Position numbers and translations under genes: made by a program. 64,000 bases of DNA from Eledone cirrhosa (taxonomy: Eukaryota): the NCBI GenBank assembly GCA_964016885.1, contig OZ024742.1, positions 233,430,001-233,494,000 on the forward strand, in the 5' to 3' direction. Below, in pieces: positions 1 through 12,370 of the stretch (within the stretch, counting starts at the first letter, position 1; each line of letters starts with the position of its first letter). The notes under the pieces were generated by a model, which did not search any database, was not told the DNA's origin, and saw only the letters and a list, made by a program, of their open reading frames with translations.

Positions 1-424
1 GGGAATAATAATTTGACTGACCGAATTGTTTTCATTTCTCCAACACTTTAAATGTGTTTCTATGTAAAATGTTGCGGATTACTGCTGATGGTCAAAACTA
101 TAGTGTTCCTGTTGTTAAGACACTTACTGTTAGTATTTTATTAATGTTCTTAGTGTTTAAATCTAAGTCTGTTTATTGAATCAGTACTGACATACCTCGA
201 TATTCTAGTCATTAGTAGGAATATACTATCTCAGTGCAGCTAGTCTAGTCAGCATGGCAGATACATACATTGTGTGCCTAAATAGTGAATAGGGTTTTTG
301 AAAGCATATTTCGAAGTAAATGTAAACATCCTAACGTGACTAATGATAAATGAAACATACAGTTTCTTCCAGAATGATAATACCTAAATGTTACTTAAAA
401 TTCTATCATATGTATACATACAAG

Positions 425-460
425 ATGGCTGCCACATCGTTATCGAGTATGGCCATTGCA
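425..460 (-). mobile_element. Very short 3'-end stub of an RTE-like LINE
   Basis: ATGGCTGCCACATCGTTATCGAGTATGGCCATT nearly repeats at 7582-7620; on the minus strand both run into TATG-type repeats, as the RTE ends here do. Confidence 0.4.
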
Positions 461-477
461 CGATATAATATTATTAA

Positions 478-557
478 TAATTGTTTCTACTTTTGGCACA
501 AGGCCAGAGCAATTATCCCAGTGTATTACTGGTACTTTATTTTATCGACCCTGTAAG
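478..557 (-). mobile_element. 3' fragment of tRNA-derived SINE (family 1)
   Basis: Matches the 3' half of the full copies at 18795-18983 and 52351-52540. Confidence 0.85.
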
Positions 558-574
558 ATATTTTTTAAAGTGAG

Positions 575-810
575 GAAAGACTGTGCACTGAGCCAATCCC
601 ACTCTCTGAGCGACACCAGCTAAAACCCGAAAAGAAGAAAAGATCAACATCATCGGTAACTACTGAGCCGCAGGTTTTATGTCAGAGTTATCCCAGTTTC
701 CTCAGTTGCTTTCTCCTAGAAGAATGCCCTGACAAAGGCTAGGGGTATTTCACTCCCAGTGGTTTAACCGCGTGATCGGGTATCCAGCCCGATTATTTCT
801 ATGTCCCCGC
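575..810 (-). mobile_element. Probable LINE (RTE-type) 5'-UTR remnant
   Basis: Minus strand reads CTAGCCTTTGTCAGGGCA...CTAGGAGAAAG...AACTCTGACATAAAACC, resembling RTE 5' leaders as I recall them; no coding evidence. Confidence 0.3.
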
Positions 811-884
811 GCATATACATACACATGCATACATGTATATACATATATACACATTCATACACGTATATACATATTTACACATTA

Positions 885-1218
<334 letters not shown>

Positions 1219-1408
1219 GCAGTGCGGAATTGACAGGCTAGATTTAATTAACAGTAGCACTAACTTAGCATAATACAGAATAGAATGGAAAACAATATAT
1301 TTAAAATCTCTTAAATGTACTAGTTATAGTAATGAGAGAAATTCTTACCTTTGAACATGATTTCCACATTAACACTGAGGCTGAAATATAGGCGGCTATT
1401 AAAGGCCC

Positions 1409-1465
1409 CGCATTGATAACTTTGAATATGCAGACGATATCAGTCTGTTGGAGAATGAATTTGAA
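1409..1465 (+). pseudogene. Tiny reverse-transcriptase remnant
   Basis: Translates RIDNFEYADDISLLENEF, containing the non-LTR RT YADD motif. Confidence 0.45.
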
Positions 1466-2127
1466 ATCAAGCAGTTAAAAACATTGTATATACTGAAGTT
1501 CTGTAAACGTTTTATAATTTTCATAGAATACATTTTTTTTTTATTTTGTTTTTTATTATATATCACCTTCTTTTCCGAAAAGGGAATGGGAGGGGGCAGT
1601 GGGGAGAGCTCGGGTTTTTCCATCCTCCGATAAATCTTTACAAAAAATGACTGAGTATTTAAATGCTAAATTAAATAATTTTAAATAATTTAAACAGTTA
1701 CTATGATAGCACAATTACTGATTTCTAGCTCTGACAACGATCTTCTGCCGAGTGTTACTAATTCACTAAAATAGCCTCAACACATCAATAGCTGATATCT
1801 CATCTACTTTGGCAGGTCGAAAGATTTGAATTCTGACGTTAAAGGGACATAACTAAATAAGGTAGTGTTCATTATCCGAAATACAACCAGCTCATTTCAG
1901 TGACCTTGTCCCAGCCCTTTATTACATTATGAGATTATACATATCTAGTTATAAGAGGAGCACTATGCAAAAAATTTGGGTGAGATGTATAATCACATTT
2001 AACGCGCTCAGGTACTACGCTGGTCAACCTAGCCATTTCGTAATTTATCTTGCAGATGTCGGTTTGGGGTCATAATGATACACTCATAAGCATATAGATA
2101 GATTCGCACACACAGACGCACGCATGC

Positions 2128-2196
2128 ATACATACATACATACATACATACATACATACATACATACATACATACATACATACATACATACATACA
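2128..2196. repeat. (CATA)n microsatellite, 5' flank of the R4/Dong element
   Basis: Direct observation. Confidence 0.98.
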
Positions 2197-2199
2197 CAT

Positions 2200-5100
2200 C
2201 AGTCAACGCAATCAGTCAACGCGATCAGTCGCATATTTTGGCGTGGGAGACTATTTATTAAATTTAAGATGAATACTATCTCCGACAGTAATGCCACAAC
2301 TACAGCCAGGTTGAATAACTGGTTATTCTTCTAACTATCCCTTCTGAAGACACCTTTTATTCGAATTCGTAGAGATATACGACTAAATACATAATTCATT
2401 TTACAAGGATTTGCTACAAACAGCATGGCTGAACACAACATCAACAAAAAAATTAAGGAAGTATCGAAGACAAATAACAAAGAAGGTAATCAAACTTTAT
2501 TCAGTTGTAGCTACAGAAGAAACCGAAATTATAAATCGCATTTCTCTTGGAGTTGCGAACTTAATAATGATTTATTTAATTGTTATAAAATGGCAAAAAA
2601 TAATCCCTCCATTGGCTATATGAATAGAATGAAGCTACACTGGGACGAAATGCACCCAGAGCTAAATTATTTCACAGCGAAACAATTACGCCAACAAGCG
2701 ACGTTTGTTGAACGTAAAAATAAGATAAATATTATTAATTGTAAGTCCCCCACAACAAACATGGAATCAACAACACGTGCTACAGATCGCCATGCTACTA
2801 GACTTCCTAGCAGCCAGGTCGAACAACTATGCCTGTAAGAAACTTGACACCACCTAAGGCTACCTCGAATGCTGGGGGAAAACACTATCGATAATAATAA
2901 TAATCGAAGAAATAATAATAATAATCGAATAAATGTGACACCACGTATACCATCCGAGTCTACCTCGACTGTTGTGGAAAATACTATCGATAATGATAAT
3001 CAAAAGTATAAACAATTGAAAATTTCCCTCAACGAAATCTTCCAGAGAGAAATTAACTCATGTATAAATATCTCTCTGGCTGAACGTGTTAAAATGACAA
3101 TGGTGAATAAAAAATCAAATAATGAAATACTACGTGTTATTGACGAAATAGGGGATGAATATTTACGACGGATAAAAACCCCAACATTTTGGCAAATCAA
3201 CGCCTGTTTATATGCCTTAGCAATGACAGTGAAGCATTATCTTGGTGATAGCAGAGATATTAACAAGAACAAAACACCACCAAAAATACCATCATATATA
3301 ACTAAAATAGAAAAAAAGAGTGCTGACCTACGAAAAAACATAGGACATGTGACAATGCTCCTTACATGCAAACAAACACAAAAAAACCTCACTCCTCACC
3401 AACAAAGAGTGAAAAATAAAATAGAGACGATGTTTGGTAACAGTAGAACCAGAACTCTCCAATATAAGCTGATCACCCTCAAACAAGAATTGAGAGCTGT
3501 TAGCGAAATACGCCGATACCTGAAGAAGGTAGATGAGAGAAAAGTGCTTAATAAAATATTCAGACGTAACCAAACATCAGTCTATAGAGATATGAAGGGA
3601 AAAATAATAAGTGTCACTGAGGCCCCATCCCAGAAAGACAGATTCTTTTTGGAGCAAAATATGGGGTGAAAAGAAGAATTTCAACCAAGATGCAGTGTGG
3701 CTAAGAGAAATCCGAAAGAACTATTGCTCCTACACTACAACAAAAACATACGAAATAAGTGAGGGTACCCTTGAGACTATGATAGGAAAACTCCAAGATA
3801 AGAAAACACCAGGAAGAGACATGATTGTCGGCTACTGGTACAAAAAACTGATATTCTATCGGAGGTATCTTACTGACCTCTACCAACAAGTTCTTAAGGG
3901 AGATACACTTATACAAGAATGGTTGACATTAGCACAAACGTTACTGGTCTCCAAGAACAAAGACACCCACTTGGCAAAAAACTACCGACCCATTGCATGC
4001 CAGAACCCGATGTATAAGATGTATACAGCCTGTCTAAACCTATTCCTCCAAGATCACTGTGAAAATAATAACATCATCACAGATGAACAAGCGGCTGGAA
4101 AGAAAAGGGTTTGGGGATGTGTTGAACAACTCCTAATCAACAAAACTGCGATGTCGGAGGTGCGACAACTTAGGAGGAATATGTCTACAGTCTGGCTGGA
4201 CTACAAGAAAGCTTTCGATTCTGTTCCCCACTCTTGGATGATAGAGGCCCTCCAACTTGCTAAAGTACCAGACATTATTGACAGAGCCATAGAGAGGCTG
4301 TCTTCTTCTTGGGCTACTATCCTAAGGTTAAAGACAGAGAGGGAGGACTCTATTTTCACTGATAAAATAAAATATTGCAGGGGTATATTTCAGGGGGACA
4401 GTCTCTCTGTGATATTGTTCATCTTGTCATTAAACCCCTTGTCCTTTCTGCTCAAGAAATGTGAGGGATACATCATAGACTCACAGGAGGATAGAAATAC
4501 AAACCTAACCCACAATTTCTTTGTGGATGATCTGAAACTCTAAGCCAAAAACATGGATGGGATGAAGAAAAATGTTGACCTGGTTACAACGTTCTCAAAG
4601 GATATAGGAATGGAGTTTGGCCAAGATAAATGCTCATATATGACTGCAAAGCGGGGAAAAACAACAACCCATTCTAGCAACATTGTCATCAATGGTCTAA
4701 CTGTTTCACCGATATCTGATGAGGACTGCTACAGATACCAGGAGATAGATGAGAACATATCCTATAATGGTATCTGTAATAAAGAACGCGTAACCAGGGA
4801 ATACTACATCCGATTAAGAAAGATCGGGTCATCGGAACTCTCTGCGCAAAACAAAACAGTGGCTCACAATGTGTTTGCTGTGCCTGTCCTAACACCAACG
4901 TTTGGAATACTCAATTGGACGATAGACGAAATCCGAGCAGTTGATGTTGGAACTCGAAAAATACTGAACAACACCGGAAACTTCCACATCAACAGTGACA
5001 TAGACCGCCTTTACTTGAAACGTAAGCAGGGAGGCAGCGGCCTAACATCAGTCCAGACAGCATTTGAATGTCGCATCATATCTCTCCGACAACATCTACG

Positions 5101-6310
5101 AACCTCGAAGCGTAGGAGCCCGCTTCTCGAGCAAGTCTATCTGCATGAAACAGATAAGATCATGAGAGTTGGGAAGGAACTCCTTGAGAGATATTCCCTG
5201 TGTGATAATCAAAACCTCACACCCAGGGATGTCGCTCAGCAGTATCGCAGTGAATCCATGGATGAAAAATCGCATGCCTATCAGAAAAAAATCATGGATG
5301 GATATGTTGCCAGGAAGCTCCAGAGTGAGATTAATATAGATAAGGAAAGTAGTCTATCTTGGACCAACAACCGCTATATTGGCTCCCACTTTGAAGGATA
5401 CGCTTTTGCAATCCAAGAACAGGAGATTAGCACGAAATACCTGATTCACAAAAGAGATAGGGATGCAGGCAAAACACCTAGATGTGATAACAAGTGCAGA
5501 CTCTGCAGAACTAACATCGAGGATATCACCCATGTCATCAGCAGCTGTCCAAAGATGTCATCGCGGTACTATCTACCTATGAGGCATGATGTAGTGGCCA
5601 AAACACTGTACAATGCAGTTCGTAAAAAGGATAGCCCCGATAATAAACACAGCAATGTGGAAGACATCCATGTACATAATATGAAAGAGTACTGGTGGAA
5701 TGTTCCAGTAAAAACCTCAATAAAATGCAGGCATAACAGACCAGATATTATGATATGGGACAGGGAGAATAAAACATGCACAGTAGTGGAAATTAGCTGC
5801 CCAGCAGATGCCAATATAATATAAAAGATTAGTAAAAAGGAGAATATTTATGCAGAACTGATGAGAAATCTGTAGAAACTCCATCCTGATTACACCTTCA
5901 GATTTATGCCTGTGATTGTTGGGGCACTGGGATATATTAGTAACTGCCTCAATACAAATCTTGAGAAGCTAGGCTTCACAGCAACAGAAAGAACACAACT
6001 AGTTAGGAAATTACAAGTACAATCCATTAATGGAACAGTAAAATTATGTAAAACATTCCAAAAAATGTGCATCTAATAACTGCATATACACATGTACAGA
6101 TACAAGGCATATACACATGCACACATACAACTCAAAACAACCACATCCACACATACAATAACATCCATATCTACACATGCAGACATACAGACATACATAC
6201 ATATCGACCTAGTTGATGTTGTGTAAATTCCAATGAGAGTCTTGTGTCTATGTTAGAAACCGACTCTCTCTCTATTGGTAAAACTTTGTGAAATTATAAA
6301 ACCAGAAGAA
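2200..6310 (+). mobile_element. Full-length R4/Dong-clade non-LTR retrotransposon (RT plus restriction-like endonuclease), copy 1
   Basis: RT motifs NYRPIAC, WLDYKKAFDSVPH, GIFQGDSLS, FVDDLKL; CRLC..EDITHVISSC zinc knuckle; RHD; RPDIMIWD..VVEISCP PD-(D/E)xK-type nuclease; (CATA)n on both sides; same 5' start as copy 2. Confidence 0.92.
2425..6076 (+). pseudogene. Disrupted single ORF (RT, CCHC, REL) of R4/Dong copy 1
   Basis: ORF pieces 2425-2838, 2869-3669, 3611-4543, 4553-5824 plus a tail ending KTFQKMCI*; several stops and frameshifts. Confidence 0.88.
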
Positions 6311-6326
6311 CATACATACATACATA

Positions 6327-6493
6327 ATTGTTTCTACTTTTGGCATTACTGGTACTTTATTTTATTGACCTCGTAAGGATGAAAGGCAAAGCTAACCTCA
6401 GCGTGATTTGAACTCAGAATGTAAAGAGGCATAACTCTATTCCGCAAAGCATGTTGTCCGACGCTTTCACTGATACTGCAATCCGCCGCCCTT
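6327..6493 (-). mobile_element. tRNA-derived SINE (family 1), internally deleted
   Basis: Family-1 consensus including the B-box region and the CCTTTCATCCTTACG..GTC core. Confidence 0.85.
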
Positions 6494-6502
6494 ACATAAA
6501 TA

Positions 6503-7447
6503 ATGGCCCTCAACTCACTAGATGAGTAAGACCATCACTGAAAAATAGTATATCTATATAGGAGATTGTGAGCCCTGCAGTGGCTTTTAAAGCCTGCAAA
6601 GGACTTCCATATTTTGTTGCATAAAATGCATTGGAATTCAATCCTTCCATCATTTGGTCCTTCAGTCTGATCCGGACCATGATCCAGTATTTGTGAGTGA
6701 CCTTGTAAGTCCTGGCTTATTCGAAAATTATCTGCCGAATGTACCACAGCCAAATTGGTTGCAATGAATTGGTATTATTTGACCTATGGCATTTCTGCAT
6801 GCTTACGTAGATGACTTATATAGCCAGTGTTTGACATGCATATTCGGCCACATACATTGGATACAACCTGGGGTGCAGAGGTCGCAACATGTTGGTCGTT
6901 TTAAGCGCTGCACGCATAATACTAACTCATTCAGAAGCAGATTCTTGCAAAAGACTTACATCATTGGAAACACTGGTGCTTCATCTGTTTCTATCTAATA
7001 CCATTACCTCCCAGCGAGATGGGTCAGTTTTCTATTGTGTTAAAGGATCTTTCACAGAATCTTTTAAACGAATCTTTGGTTTGTGTTATGGTCTTGTACC
7101 AGGTATTAACTCACCATTCTGCTTTCGCCTGATCTAACAACGTGGCCTATTCATCGGAGTCGGTGCTTGTGGATGTGAACTTCAATACTGACTGAGCCTT
7201 TATTTTGTAATATTTCAGTGTCTGCTGTTTGTGTGTATTCCAGAGAACCCCAAGAATGTCACGCAGATAACGTTGGTGAAATCGTCCGCGGATTTTAAAT
7301 CTGGTGACCAGTGCTGATTCTAGTAGACTGCTCTAACATCAATTGAGGAACCGTATGTCGCCACTGCTTAGCTTGGCAACCTTATATCTGCCAAAGGCAA
7401 CATTAAGTGCAGGTCAACAACTGCGTACATCCAGCTTGTCAAGCCTC
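6503..7447 (-). mobile_element. 5'-truncated, decayed RTE-clade LINE with C-terminal C2H2 finger
   Basis: ORF 6535-6753 contains CILCNKIWKSFAGFKSHCRAH; upstream sequence resembles the RTE post-RT region; ends next to TATG repeats. Confidence 0.65.
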
Positions 7448-7580
7448 TACATACATACATACATACATACATACATACATACATACATACATACATACAT
7501 ACATACATACATACATACATTGATGCATGCACTAATACATACATACATACATACATTGATGCATACATACATACATACAT
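7448..7580. repeat. (CATA)n microsatellite
   Basis: Direct observation. Confidence 0.98.
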
Positions 7581-7581
7581 G

Positions 7582-7620
7582 ATGGCTGCCCCTTCGTTAT
7601 CGAGTATGGCCATTTCACGT
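7582..7620 (-). mobile_element. RTE-like 3'-end stub whose tail is the adjacent (TATG)n
   Basis: Minus strand reads CGTGAAATGGCCATACTCGATAACGAAGGGGCAGCCATC-ATGTATGTATG; second copy at 425-460. Confidence 0.45.
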
Positions 7621-7650
7621 AAAAAAAATTATATATATATGTCATTTTTT

Positions 7651-7786
<136 letters not shown>

Positions 7787-8211
7787 ATTTTAGTATCGTG
7801 AGAGAGTAGAGGTTTAAAGGGATAAGCGATACATATAGTTAGTTGCCAAAAGCTGGTGCATTTGTGCTCAACACTTATGCCTACAGGGTTAAATATCGGA
7901 AGCGTTAATATTTAGTGGGCGATAATATAAGCAGGTTGCATAACTAAACATCTGTACACCAACTATGCCTCTTAGATCCGGCCTGACTAAGCAGTAGTAG
8001 AGTGGCACCCATAAAACAGTAGTGGAAAACAATCACCATGTGAACGGATAATAAGCCATTTAGGGACATTTATTCAAACACCGGTCAGAGTTACTCCCCT
8101 TGCTCTGTGATACAAACAACCATGTCTGTTTGAATCGAACATGAACTTCGATGTGATTATCATCTTAAAACCCCTTCTGGGTCCTGTATTGAACATTCTC
8201 TAGATTTGTAT

Positions 8212-8253
8212 GCCCTTGAGAAGCCTTTTTCGGGCGAAACGTACGTAGGTGCT
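8212..8253 (+). ncRNA. Minimal hammerhead-ribozyme-like motif of Penelope type, in a probable PLE remnant (~7800-8310)
   Basis: CTTGAGAA-GCC-TTTTTTCG-GGC-GAAAC-GTACGT: variant core, stem II, GAAA and palindromic stem III. Confidence 0.5.
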
Positions 8254-9127
8254 TTTGTATAAACATGTTCTCACAATTTGTTGTCTCCTTTGTAATCCTT
8301 TCATTTATATATATATATGGCTCTGATTGTTGATTATTTAATTAATTAATTCGTCATTGAGCCACACCGTGAATGGTTGCCAAAACATATATATATATAT
8401 ATCTATGGCTCTGTCTAGTTTTTTGTATATGTAAACATCTATATTTTATATACTCCCGTAAGGTTGAGTAAAACTGTAGGCAGTATTCGGCTGCGCTTTC
8501 TAGCAACCAGCCTACTCGCCGTCAGGCACCAATCACAAGCTTTCTGAATTGACCACTGGCCATGTGACAATTCTTAGCCATTTTGAATTCGTTTCTGGCG
8601 GGGATCATTTAAGAAAAATCTTTGTCCAATTGAGTTTGTTTCCTGATGATTTCGAAACTCGTTGATTTATACATGATCGGATATTTCCAAAAAGCGAATG
8701 AACCCTCCGGGGGTAGAAACATGATTTTGGTATGTTTATGTACATTTTTTCTTCTAACTTTAATTTTGTACCTAATTGTGTATAGTTAACTATATGTCTA
8801 GTCAATTTCTACGGGCTATTAGAAATACTAGGTAAATCTTCTGTGGCTGTGGATCGCGGATAAAATAGCTATCATTTATTTATCTATTGTTTTTCATAGG
8901 TACATTTTAAACTTATAGCCTCGTTTAATTGATTTTTTATGTGGTTGATTATGCTGATTGGGAGAAGAAATACTGTATATATTTTATCAAATGATTCTGT
9001 GGACTTACTTTCTTATATATATATATATTTATTTATATATACATATATACACACACACGCACGCATACATATACATACACACATATACATATCTATATAT
9101 ACATATACACATACATATACATAACAA

Positions 9128-12100
9128 TTAGCGGTGCTGCAATCGAGTGTGGCTTTTTAGCTCAGCCAATGATCTAAAATGTCTTGCACAGAGTTGGCAA
9201 CCAAAACATTCACTGGCAGTAGCCGGCTTTGGCTGGAGTTCATGTACCTTTGCATATCGTTTGAGCCCTCCTGCTGATCTACACTCTCTTCCACATGTTT
9301 GGCAGGCATGATGAGTAGCATCTCCAACAGCAGCCTGATAGTCAACCACTGGTCTTTATGACTGCGAAGATGTCTTTCGTGTCCAGCTTTGCTGAGGCAG
9401 AGTCTCGCACAGACGCTGCATGTTAGCGCCATAGGAGGACCTTCGCTGCCTGGAAATGCAACAACAATGCCCTTCCTCACATCCCTTATTACTTTCTCGT
9501 ATGCTATTCGAGATGCCTCAAAGGCAGTCTTTCTCCATTTATTACGATCAGCAGCTACGCTTTCCTATGTAATAGCAGCGATGTTAGCGTATTTTAAAGA
9601 GGCTTTCGACGAATCCTTATATCTCTTTTTTGGTTTATGTGGAGGTCGTTTTCCTTTAACTAACTATCCATAAAAGAGTTGTTTCGGTATTCTAGAATCC
9701 TTCATCCTGGCAAGGTGACCACTCCATCGGAATCTTTGCTTAAGCACAAGAGCTTCTATACTTTGACACAGAGAGCTTTCCAAAATCTCGACACCATCGA
9801 TGTGGTCCCTCCAGTGAACGCCATGGATCCGTCTGAGACACATCTGATGGAAACACTCCAATTGTTTCAGGTGGTGTCGATATGTGACCCAGGTCTCACA
9901 GGCATAAAGAAGAGAAGAGCGCACACATGACTTGTACAACTTTACCTCGCCGACCCAAGAGGCACCTTTCTAGCTTTTCGAAAGCATCACTTGCTTTCCT
10001 AATCCTGAGTGGAATTTCATTATCAAGATTCCTGTATCTATCGACAGTGCATCCCAGGTAGACAAATTGATCAACCACTTACCATATATATAGATATTTG
10101 GTTCACTGTACTAGGAGCAGGTTGGTACATGACGATGGTTTTCTTGAGACTGACAGTCAATCCTAGGGCAGTGCAAGCATCAGAAAATGCATTCAAAATA
10201 TGTTGCATATCACTCTGTGTGCGCTACAAGATCGCAATCATCTGCATACAAGAGGTCTTTTTTATGATTTATGTAGATACTTTTGTTTTTGCAGCAAAGC
10301 GTCTGATGTTAAATATTCTGCCAGAGGTTCAATATTGGATGTAAACACCATGCTCGCAGTTCCTGAATGCATTATAAAAAACCATTACAAAATATATGGC
10401 AAACAGGGTCGGTGCTGGAATATCCCCCTGTTTCACTCCATTTTTTACTGAGATAGACTCTAACATGTTACCTCTGACATTAACCCAAGCCTTTATGTCG
10501 TCATGGAAAGACCTAACCAAAGTAAGGAACTTATCAGGGCAACCAAGTTTCTGGAGAACCTTCCACAATGCATTTCTGTTAACAGTATCGAAAGCATTTG
10601 TCAGATCGACAAAAACCTGATACAGATCCAAACCTTGTTCCATGCACTTCTCCTGGAGCTGTCTAGCTGAGAAGATCATATCAGTAGTGCCGCGTCCAGC
10701 ACGAAAACCAGATTGACTTTCAGGAAGAACACAATCTGCAATGTGTGTCAGCAGATGGTCCAGAAGCACCCTATATAACATTTTTCCTACGACAGAAAGC
10801 AATGATATACCCCAGTAGTTTCCACAATCATTCTTGTTACCCTTTCCCTTGTACAAGACCAGCATTACTGCATCTCTCCAGTCTTCAGGTACGGATTCAC
10901 TAGCCCATATCCTGCAAAACAAAGAGTGAAGATGTTGCAGAAGTCTCTCACCACCATATTGTAAGAGCTCTGCATGTATGCCATCCATACCTGGAGACCT
11001 TCCACTGTTCAGCTTTGAGATAGCTACTGCAACCTCCACAAGCGTCGGTGGTTCTTCGAGAGATACTTTCACGGGTTTTCAGGAATGAGATTGAGGACAG
11101 ACGGCTGATTCAAAAGTTCATCAAAGTGCTCTCCCCACCTTCGCAGAATTTCTTGTCATCCTTGTTGCGAAGCGGTGTCACCAGAGAAGAAGACGGTCCA
11201 TAAACTTCAGGCAAGAGACTGTTCAACAGCTTTGTGTTATTGGAATCTGATGCAGCTTGTATCTCATCAGCCTTCTCAGTCCACCTTCATCCGAGAAAGC
11301 CTCTGCATCACACGTGATTTCTCATCCTTGAAATCCTCATGCAACATATTCTTCTTCTGTGGTTTTACTGCCAGGTAGCGTGACAGAGCACACCCCTTAT
11401 CAGCTAACAAATCATCTATATGTTCATCATTTTTATTAAACCAGTCTTGATGCTTTCTCTGCACCAATCCCAGAACACGCTTGCCTAAATCATAAACCAA
11501 CTTTTTAAGGGTCGGCCAATCCTCACCAAAATCTGCAACATGCATCTCTTCTCGCAATGTTCTCTTCACATTATTGTCTCTAAGACAAGCAACATTCAGT
11601 CTCCTAGGCAGGGTAACACCAGGAGACTGGATTTTACGTTTAGTGATTAGTTTTCGTCCAGCACTCAGCCCCACGCACAACACAAACACACTGCACATCC
11701 CATCTGTCACGCACCCTGACAAGGACGTAGTCCAAAAGATGCCATTCCTTAGATGCAGGATGCATCCATGTGGTCTTAAATTTGTTCTTTTGCTGGAACA
11801 TGGTGTTAGTAACACACAGATCCAGCTCCTCACACATCTGCAGCAGGAGCATACCATTGTTGTTACACTTTCCCACCCCATGCCTTCCGATTACATTCCA
11901 TGTGTTAAAATCCCTACCCCCTCTAGCATTAAAGTCACCAAGCACGATGACCTTGTCTGCCTGAGGGATATTTCTTAAAACAACTTTCAAGGCATGGTAG
12001 ACAGACACTTTTTCTTCATCGACAGAATTCATAGTTGGAGCATACACACTCACCAGTGTCGCATATCTTCTTTTGTCCAGCAGAATTCTCATAGACATAA

Positions 12101-12329
12101 GACGCTCACTAATCCCTACTGGGAATTCTTCTAATTTATCCACAAGAGCAGTCTTAACAGCAAATGCTACCCAGCCTCTCTTCTGGTTCCTTCATCTCTT
12201 CCTTTCCAGAAGAATGTATATACTCCACAAAATTCTGTAAGATGACCATCTCCAGCTAACCTCGTCTCGGGTAAAGTCACGATATCAAGATCGTAACGAC
12301 GGAGCGCCTTTGCAACAAGAGCGGTCCTT
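9128..12329 (-). mobile_element. Near full-length RTE-clade LINE (APE plus RT), decayed, three C-terminal C2H2 fingers
   Basis: N-terminus RTALVAKALRRYDLDIVTLPETR; VYAPT, LGDFNAR, TWMHP..WHLLDYVL; RT SPGMDG, QSGFRAGRGTTDMIF, FVDLTNAFDTV, GVKQGD; RFRWSGHLARM..RIPKQLFYG. Confidence 0.93.
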
Positions 12330-12370
12330 CACATACATACAAACATACATACATACATGCATACACTATA

